Of a stretch of 64,000 nt of DNA, positions 21,283 to 29,050 are shown piece by piece. Numbering within the stretch: the first letter of the stretch is position 1; every line of letters starts with the position of its first letter. A model generated the notes under the pieces. It did not search any database and had not been told where the DNA came from. It saw nothing but the letters and a program-made list of their open reading frames with translations. This DNA comes from Candidatus Binatia bacterium (lineage in GTDB: Bacteria > Desulfobacterota > Binatia > Bin18), in the NCBI GenBank assembly GCA_963666315.2, contig CAXXHG010000008.1:1-64000 (forward strand). The letters run 5' to 3'. Position numbers and translations under genes: made by a program.

Positions 21283-22362
21283 GAGAGTTGTCATAAAGGC
21301 TTGCCTATGACTCTGGGGAGAATGATGGTCTTCTCTGTTTCATCCATGGCATGTGTCTGCATACGGCATCGCTCGCAGCAGTTGGCTCGCTTCGGGCTGG
21401 TACGTCTTGGGGATGGCATCCAGGATGTTGAGCAGCCGATGATTCCAGCACCGCTGTTCGGCCACCTGAGGGTATTGTTCGCCCAGCGCGGCCCATAAGC
21501 CTAAGTGCCCATCGGCTATCGTACACCGCCACGGCTTGAGGCCCCGGTTGCGCAAGTCGCGCAAGACCGTGCCCCACGACTCTTTGGATTCCCGCACGCC
21601 GCTCTCCACCGCCAGCACGACCTTCTGGCCATTGGTGAGCGCCCCAATCATCACCAAGAGCGCGGCCTTCGTGTCCTCTAATCCGGCTTTGACGTAGAGC
21701 CCGTCGGCCCAGATGTAGACCACTTCGAGGGCATCGAGGCGCCGGTTGTTCCAGACTGCATACTCCTGTTGCCACCGGGCTTTGAGCCGCACCAGAGACG
21801 AGGGGGATAAGGGTGCCCCGTCGCCCAGCAAGCCGCGTAAAGCCAGGTCAAAGTCGCCCAACGCTAACCCATGTAAGTATAACTCAGGCAGCAACTTGCC
21901 CACCTGCTTGGTGTGGCGTTTGAACATGGGGAGGACTCGACTTTCAAACCGCTCCGGCAAGTCTCGGACACGCGGACGGCGGACCGTGATCGTCCCGATT
22001 GGTGTACCTAACTTCCGCGGCTTCCCGTGGCCATTGCGATACCCCATGGACGCCGGGCTGGTCTTGCGGCGGGCCGATTTAGGCCGCCCTAATAGCTCAG
22101 TAACCTTTTCTTCCAGCAGAGTTTGGATGAACTTCTGGATATGCTCACGGACATACTCTTCCAGGTGGTCCCAGGATGGGCGAGACGATGACTGTAACGA
22201 TGTGACTGGCCGTGTCATGGTGGCTCCTCTTTACACTCCAGGGGCAGTTCGGTTTTATCCAATCTGGATATGCCACCTGGCGCTACTTCCACACCGTTTG
22301 GTATTACCTCCTCACTACTCCACTGCATCCTCAGATAGCCCCTAATTGGGGACACGCCCTAG
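21283..22362. mobile_element. Nested IS debris: truncated IS256 plus an IS5/IS427-type end and another possible IS end
   Basis: IS256-like left end GAGGTAATACCAAACGGTGTGGAAGT (minus strand, from 22310); IS427-like end AATTGGGGACACGCCCTAG at 22344-22362; possible terminus GAGAGTTGTCATAA at 21283. Confidence 0.7.
21340..22218 (-). pseudogene. IS256 family transposase, C-terminally truncated (292 aa)
   Basis: GYRNGHGKPR, RRPRVRD, ELYLHGL, YIWADG, RESKESW, IADGHLG and QRCWNH motifs; the C-terminal catalytic-E region is missing. Confidence 0.9.
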
Positions 22363-22503
22363 ATATTTCATCTTGTGATTAAAGTTTTGGTCTTTGCTCC
22401 CGACGGAGATAAACGCCAAAAAATACACAAAGGCGGCGAGGACTAATGAACTGGGCCCGATACCGATGATTCCGTATCGATTTCTCCTATGAGGAGGTAG
22501 CAC

Positions 22504-23094
22504 ATGCTTGAAGTCCACCACCACTTTCGCTTGTCTTGGTCGCAGATGCGCCAGCACTGGGTAGCCTTTTTCACCCAGAGGAAGCGAAGGCTCTTGCCTC
22601 CGCTACACGCGCTGCGCGGCAACGAACGCGGTATGAGCCTGGTCGAATTGCTTGTGACTCTTGGGATGGTTGCCATCGTCGTAGCTGTGACTCTCCCCCG
22701 GATCAATAGCGGAACCTAGAATGCGAAGTTGACGGTCCAGACCCTCTTGGGCGATATCCGCATGGCGCGAGCGAGTGCCACAACGCGCGGGGCCCATTTC
22801 CGCGTCACTCTGGAGAGCACTTCTTACACGGTTGAACGTCTCCAGGATGATGATGGAGATGGGAATTGGGAATCTGGGGCCGGACTGCAAAAGCGCACGG
22901 TCGATCTGCTGTCCGGTATCTCGCTCACTATCAATAATGGAGACGGAATTATTGAGTTTACGACGCGTGGACTCATTGCCACCCTCCCGGATGGGACGCC
23001 GCCAGAGATCGAAGACGTGACATTGAACGACTCCGTCCATGGCAAGACGCGCAACATCCAGGTCTGGCCATCCGGTCAGGTGCAGGAGGTGTAA
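22504..23094 (+). pseudogene. FimT/GspH-like minor pilin with an internal TAG
   Basis: Prepilin site ERG|MSLVELLV; TAG at 22717-22719; the frame continues DIRMARASA...IEFTTRG...IQVWPSGQVQEV. Confidence 0.85.
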
Positions 23095-23211
23095 GTTTGC
23101 ACCCTAAAAAGAAGCACCCACACGCGGGATGGCCTGAGCTAAAGTTTATCGATTTTTCCCGACTTCCTATTCCAGCGTCGAATTACCTACTGATCGAAAA
23201 AGGAGCCCGTT

Positions 23212-23808
23212 ATGTCGGCTCGAACCTCGCTCCGGATAGGCTTTATTTCCACCTTAGGCAGGCGGGCCTTTGCTCTCCTCTTCTCCAACAGATCCATGCG
23301 CATTGGGCGGTGCGTTGATCGGTGCATAGCTCGCCAACACGTCGTCTCTCGGTGGTGTCGTTATTCTGTGTCCGGACCACAGCCTTATCTTCTAGCGAGC
23401 CAAGCCGGCATCACGCTGATCGAGACCCTCATCACCCTGGCTACCCTGGCAATTCTGATCAGTATGACGAGCGTTACGCTAGGCAGCCTTGCACCAAAAT
23501 TCAATTTGGATAATGGCAGCGGCTTGACGGCCATGGCATTGCATCAAGCCAAAATGCAGGTCGTGATGCGCGGGCGCTCCATTGCTGTGGCATTTGATTC
23601 GGATGGGTTCTCGGTTTTCGATACTGCGGATCCGACGGATGTTTTGAGCGAGTTGGATATGCCGACCGGGGTCAGTCTCACTACGGATGGAGATGTCGAG
23701 TTTACATCGCTGGGAACGGCCACTTTCCCCCATTCAATCACTGTGAGTAACGGACGGAACTAACGGATCGTGAATGTCGGGTTTACGGGTGAGGTGCAGA
23801 TCCAATGA
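23212..23808 (+). pseudogene. Second FimT/GspH-like minor pilin with a premature TAA
   Basis: QAG|ITLIETLI; TAA at 23761-23763; continues RIVNVGFTGEVQIQ to a TGA that overlaps the next ATG (ATGA 23805-23808). Start position uncertain. Confidence 0.8.
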
Positions 23809-24217
23809 GGTCGTATCGAAGGGCGCTGTTTCAGAACAGCAAGCAGCGGGGCTTTACGCTTATCGAGGTGCTGGTTGCCATAACCATCATGGCCCTCGGG
23901 CTGACTGGGATTGCGACCATGGGTGTTTCGACTATTAAGGCCGATATACAAAGCCAGGGGGCCAGCGTTGCGACTGCCTTAGCCAGGGAGAGGCTGGATC
24001 AATTGCGGATCTTGGGTCGGAACGAAGCCGACTGGACGCTAGGTAGTAATCATATCGAAACCGGACTGGACGAAGATGGCAGCATGGGCAGCGGGCCGTA
24101 CACGCGGACCTGGGTTGTCGAAGAGCTTGACAGCGTCAATTATCCGAATTTATGCGGGTTGAGGTCACTGTTTCCTGGTACGACGGTGCCGTCAGCCTTG
24201 CCTCGTTGTACTGGTAG
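23805..24217 (+). pseudogene. PilV-like minor pilin, frameshifted
   Basis: QRG|FTLIEVLVAITIMALG; frameshift at about 24148; the proper C-terminus MRVEVTVSWYDG...* lies in another frame. Confidence 0.8.
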
Positions 24218-24232
24218 CCAAGGAAAGCGGAT

Positions 24233-24907
24233 ATGCGTCCTCATCCCAAATTGATGACAGCGTGTCAGGGTTTTACGCTGATAGAGCTCTTGGTTTCGCT
24301 CCTGATGGTCTCGGTTTCCATGACGCTTTACTCTCATTTTTTCAAACACAGAATGTGAGTATACGGGTTGAAAATTCTCGCCGCGCTGCGCAGACGACAG
24401 CCCGCGGCTGCTTGAGTTTCATCGTGCGGCATTTGCAAAACATCGGCCGCGATCTAACGCTGGAAATGTTCAGCGCAGCGGCTCCCGCGATTATGACCGC
24501 CGAGCTGGACGACCTCCGGTACCAAACAAACCTGAGTGACGATGATCCCAATGGGGCGCCCGGTCCGGATGTCGCCGATGACTGGGAAGATGTGACGTTT
24601 ATAGACGACAATATCGCACAAGCGATTATGGTGACTATGCCCGCGGTTGGTGGTGGGACAGAGACCTACGCCCTGACCGACGACGGAGCATCGCCGCAGT
24701 CGTATGTGCCAGCCGGTGGCCTCACGTTCACCTATTTTGACGAGGATGGGAATATTATCCCACCCGGCGGTGGTGCGGCCAACCGGGCGGATATTCGTCG
24801 TATCTCGTATCAATGTGGCCGTGACTGTGCGTGGCCTCCCGCCAGGCTGCAACGCGGAACCTGAAATGACATTGTCCCAAGACGTATTTCTCCGCAATAT
24901 GTCCTGA
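24233..24907 (+). pseudogene. PilW-like minor pilin with two frameshifts
   Basis: CQG|FTLIELLVSLL; frameshift at about 24330; 7-bp duplication TCGTATC at 24798-24811; ends DVFLRNMS*. Confidence 0.8.
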
Positions 24908-24918
24908 CAACAAAGAGA

Positions 24919-25920
24919 ATGATAATGCTAAAGACGTTGCTCTGCCGTTTCCCGGCTGTGCCCGGACTCAGTCATGAACGCGGGATTGTGCTTGTCATGG
25001 TGCTGGTGATCCTGAGCCTGTTGATGGGTGTCGGCTCAACCGCGATTTATTCCGGATATACGAATCTCTGCATGTCAGCCAACCTCAAGCTCACGGCTCA
25101 GGCCAAGGCCGAAGCCGAGGCAGGCATCAATGAAGCCCTGTACTGCTTGTCGCGGCAGGAGGGGCAACCCGGAGCTTTGGCTGTCGATATGACGGCGGCT
25201 TTTTGGAACGATGCAGACTGGAACGTACAGATTCATTTTCTCTCGACTCCGGATACTGATCCGACCGATGACAACGAGGTCAGCTCTATCCGTCCAGGTG
25301 CGGACTGGCCGGACGTTATACCGACAACTCAGTCGTATATAGCCATGCAGTATAAAAGGCCCAATCCTCCCGGTAATAGTGTCATTTTCTATGACGCAAA
25401 CTCGGGCCTGAACCCACCGTTTCGGACAATTGCGCTCCCTGCTGCGGTTGGGACTATTCCGGACACGGCGCGTCCAGTGATCGAGATCCGGGCGGTCGGA
25501 TTAACCGACCGGGAGGCTGAACGAGAAATTTTTGCCGAAGTCGCGGCCACTGTGACTTTTCCACCCCCGGCGGCGCTGTCCTCAGGCGTAAACATAAACA
25601 TGAATGGCTCTGGATTTATTGACGCCGCAAATCACAGTGAATTGAGCGCTTCGACACATTATGGTAAGAATGCCGTCAACAACTGTTCAAACTGGACCAG
25701 ACGAGGCAAACGCTCAAGAAGAAAGTTCGTCGTCAGACAGACCCGAATATGCTCCCCGCCTGGGCACAGTAGGACGGTTATCTCGCCCCTGCCTGCTTCC
25801 AGTGAAGCGCCTGCTTCCGCCCCTTTTTGTAGTTCGTCACTAAATATTCTCACCCATCTTCCGATGGGTGAGGAAGGTGTAGTCTGCTCAGTCAGAGAGA
25901 GCACTACCGCAGGCCGATAG
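24919..25920 (+). pseudogene. PilX-like protein, apparently truncated after about 25640
   Basis: ERG|IVLVMVLVILSLL...A...AEAGINEA. After INMNGSGFIDAANH the sequence no longer looks protein-like. Confidence 0.7.
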
Positions 25921-25965
25921 TATGATGAGGAGTTTGCATGATCTGACACTCCAGCTGTCTCCGTA

Positions 25966-26322
25966 ATGGTGGAGCAGCGCTTTGGGCATACTATGAGTTA
26001 CATCGATACTATATCCCACGTAAATGAGGATTTTATTGCCCGCTGGCACGCACGGCAGCTGCGCGTCTTGCTGCTCATCGGTTTGAGTGTCATAGCTGTT
26101 GCGAAGACGTGTGGCGGCATCTTGCCTCTGTCCATTCCCGAAGGACTGTGCCTCTACCTCCTGTTCTCTGGCGGCTATTTCGCGCTAACGGCGCGGCATC
26201 GCCTAGAGCACCGCTATCAAAGAATTTGCACCTTTGCGTGCTTTCCCGGCGCGTTTGTGACCAGCGTGCTGCCGGTCTATCTGGCTCTCATATTCGCTGT
26301 GAAGCTGATTATGCCCGACTAG
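25966..26322 (+). CDS. Hypothetical membrane protein (3 TM helices)
   Basis: 118-aa ORF with three hydrophobic segments. Confidence 0.5.
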   Translation: MVEQRFGHTMSYIDTISHVNEDFIARWHARQLRVLLLIGLSVIAVAKTCGGILPLSIPEGLCLYLLFSGGYFALTARHRLEHRYQRICTFACFPGAFVTSVLPVYLALIFAVKLIMPD

Positions 26323-26352
26323 GAAGCTGGTAGGAATGGTTGACCTCAAACA

Positions 26353-26859
26353 CTAGCGTCTCATTTTGATCTTGTCTTCTCCGGCCCAGCCCTCGCGCAG
26401 CGGCACCATAAAGAAGGGCACGAGCGTCATCTTGCGGAATCTCCACTGGCCGTTCTCTCGGACGTATTCATCGTCAAATCGGGCCGCCACCAAAAAGCTT
26501 TCTCCGTTAAAAATCGGTTTGGCCTCTAGATAGCTCAGCCCGGTGCCGGTGTCGCCATCTAAGGTGATCACATGGTTGTGAATGAATTGCTTGACAAACG
26601 GGACGAGGTCGGAGAGCGCCTGCTGATAAAAAGTGTTGATCTGTGTTTGTCCCTGGGCTTTGCCCAGGTGTGCAAAGTCGATTTCCCCATCTGCGGCAAA
26701 CAAATCCTTGATCATGTCGGGCGTCTTCTCGTTCACCGCGATATGGTAGCGAAAACGCAGCTCTTGAATTTCGGTCCGGTCGCGCAGTTCTTGCATCTGG
26801 GGTTCAAGTTCTTGCACCTGAGCCTCAAGTGCTTGCACGCGTGTCTCTAGATCCGTCAT
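26353..26859 (-). CDS. SnoaL/NTF2-like (LinA-like) protein
   Basis: DRTEIQELRFRY...D.F..DG, NHVI and DEYVRENGQWRF motifs. Confidence 0.88.
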   Translation of the reverse strand: MTDLETRVQALEAQVQELEPQMQELRDRTEIQELRFRYHIAVNEKTPDMIKDLFAADGEIDFAHLGKAQGQTQINTFYQQALSDLVPFVKQFIHNHVITLDGDTGTGLSYLEAKPIFNGESFLVAARFDDEYVRENGQWRFRKMTLVPFFMVPLREGWAGEDKIKMRR

Positions 26860-27256
26860 GGCGCGGCCTCCTCTTTTACCGGGATCTCAATGAACTCGAT
26901 ATTATCCCGGGCGGGCTTTGATTTTGTTGGTTGCGAAAAATTAATCAGCAAGGCGTCGGGAATATCAAGCACTTGCAGATAATTCTCGATTTGGGCGTAT
27001 TCCTTGTGGCCGACGCTTTCTACGGCTTTGAGTTCGATCACAATACGATGTGTTGTATCTCCGACAATGAGATCGGGCCGGCCTTCACCAATATGAAAGC
27101 CTTTATAAAAGATCGGGATGACGTGCTGCGACTCATACGGAATATGGCGTAAACGCAAGCCGACCTCAAAGGCCCGTGATAGACCACTTCGTCAAAGCCG
27201 CTACCGAGTGTGTCGTAGATATCCTGGGCGAGTAAGCGTAAATCATCAGCAAGCAC
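26856..27256 (-). pseudogene. GxxExxY protein, frameshifted
   Basis: LGSGFDEVVY, then a 1-nt deletion at about 27177, then RAFEVGL...IPIFYKG...RPDLIV...IELKAV...Q..NYL...LLINF. Confidence 0.85.
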
Positions 27257-27275
27257 GCCGCTGGCCTCCTCTTCT

Positions 27276-29045
27276 TTAGATCAAGGCTGCATCAGTGCTA
27301 GACTCGCCTTCTCCCGGTGGGGTGGCCCGCTTTGTTGCGCGTCGTTTTCTGGACGTCTCTCTTCTGCCTCGGCGCGCTCTTTTGGGTACGGGGTTCGATT
27401 TTGGTTTTGGGCGGAATTCTGTCACTTCGATTTCGTAGTGTTCGGCGTGAAAATCCGAGACGACGCGAAAAAAGAAACGCGTGCGCAGCTGGGTCTCAAG
27501 ATCGTCGAGCCATTCTCCCTCTTCTTCGTACAGAAAGGTGATGACCTCTGGATGGGCGCGGACTGTGACTGCTAGGGCGTTCGGCTGGAGCGCTATTTCT
27601 TTGCGCAGTTGACGCACGAGATTATAGGCAGTGGTGGGAACGGATTGTATCTGACCTCGCCCATCACAAGAGGAACACGGGGCGCACAGCTGGTGCTGCA
27701 GACTTTCGCGCGTTCGTTTACGGGTCATTTGAACCAGGCCCAGCTCGCCTATTTTCCGCATATTACTCCGGGTCTTGTCCTTCTTGAGGGCTGCTCGGAA
27801 GGCTTCCGTCACTTTGTTGCGGTTGACCGCGCGCTCCATGTCGATAAAGTCGATGATAATCAACCCGCCAATATTGCGTAGCCGCAGCTGTTCGGCCACG
27901 ACGGTTGCCGCATCCAGGTTGGTCCGCAGCATGGTTTCTTGTTGGTCGCGCTTACCGACAAACCGGCCTGTATTCACGTCAATGGCCGTAAGCGCTTCGG
28001 TATGGTCAATGACAATGTGTCCGCCGGATTTGAGATATACGCGTCTTTCGAGCGCCTTGGTAATTTGTTGTTCGACCTTGTAGTGCTCAAAGATAGGCGT
28101 CGGCTGGTCATGCAGCTTCACCCGGTCGGTCAGGCGCGGCATGAAGGTCGCAATGAATTCATTAATGCGTTCGTAATCGCTCGCGTTGTCAATAATGATT
28201 TCATTAATATCTGGAGTGAACAGGTCGCGAATAATACGCAGTATGACGTCCATGTCGTCGTGAACGAGGACCGGCGCGCTGTGCTGATCCCGTTTTTTGG
28301 TGATCCTGCCCCACAGTTTGAGCAGGAATTTCATATCATCGTGGATTTCTTTTTTGGTGAGTCCTTCACACGCGGTGCGTACGATGAAGCCGCCCTCTGC
28401 GGAGCGGAGGCTTTGGACTGCTTCTCGGAGGCGCCTCCGTTCTTTCCCGTCTGCAATGCGCCGCGACACCCCGATATGGCCCATCGTCGGCGTATAGACG
28501 AGCTGTCGTCCGGGCAAAGATAAATGCGCGGTGAGCCGTGGCCCCTTGGTGCCTATGGAATCTTTGGCGACTTGGACCAGGATCTCTTCATTTTTTTTCA
28601 GCTTGTCCTCGAGCGGAATGCGTGGTGCTGAACGAGATCGTCGGCGACGGCCGTTCGTGGTTGCCGGCCCAGCACGGGGAGAGCGCAGACTCTCCTCGGC
28701 TTCCTCTGCCTTTTCGACCTCTTCGGCATCGACATCTGCAAGGTCGAACTCATCCAGAGAGTTTCCTTCGTCAGGGGCCGATTCTTCTGCATCGTCGAAC
28801 ATGCCCTCGGGCAATGGCCCGCCAAACACGTCCGAGGCCTGAATGAAGCCCGCCTTCTCTTGTCCGATATCAACAAACGCGGCTTGCATACCGGGTATGA
28901 CACGATTGACCCGACCCAGGTAGATGTTCCCGGCAATGCTGCGCTGCTGCGCGCGTTCAATATGAATTTCCACGAGCGTCTCGTTTTCGAGCAGCGCAAC
29001 GCGGGCCTCTTGCGGAGTCGAATTAATAATGATGTTGTGGCGCAC
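27276..29045 (-). CDS. rng: Rne/Rng family ribonuclease
   Basis: GNIYLGRV..V.PGMQAAFVDIG, KGPRLT, IDVNTGRF, LRNIGGLIIIDFIDM, MTRKR and CxxC motifs. Confidence 0.93.
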   Translation of the reverse strand: MRHNIIINSTPQEARVALLENETLVEIHIERAQQRSIAGNIYLGRVNRVIPGMQAAFVDIGQEKAGFIQASDVFGGPLPEGMFDDAEESAPDEGNSLDEFDLADVDAEEVEKAEEAEESLRSPRAGPATTNGRRRRSRSAPRIPLEDKLKKNEEILVQVAKDSIGTKGPRLTAHLSLPGRQLVYTPTMGHIGVSRRIADGKERRRLREAVQSLRSAEGGFIVRTACEGLTKKEIHDDMKFLLKLWGRITKKRDQHSAPVLVHDDMDVILRIIRDLFTPDINEIIIDNASDYERINEFIATFMPRLTDRVKLHDQPTPIFEHYKVEQQITKALERRVYLKSGGHIVIDHTEALTAIDVNTGRFVGKRDQQETMLRTNLDAATVVAEQLRLRNIGGLIIIDFIDMERAVNRNKVTEAFRAALKKDKTRSNMRKIGELGLVQMTRKRTRESLQHQLCAPCSSCDGRGQIQSVPTTAYNLVRQLRKEIALQPNALAVTVRAHPEVITFLYEEEGEWLDDLETQLRTRFFFRVVSDFHAEHYEIEVTEFRPKPKSNPVPKRARRGRRETSRKRRATKRATPPGEGESSTDAALI

Positions 29046-29050
29046 GAGTA

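Noticed and set aside
12890-23763. Stop-codon reassignment (TAG as Pyl or Gln) to explain in-frame TAGs in the integrase and pilin relics
   Set aside because: Many intact genes end in TAG. The same regions also contain TAA stops and frameshifts. The expected residues differ between sites (W and Y).
25659-25949. 96-aa minus-strand ORF overlapping the pilX tail
   Set aside because: Could be a real or remnant gene, but no recognisable motif supports it.
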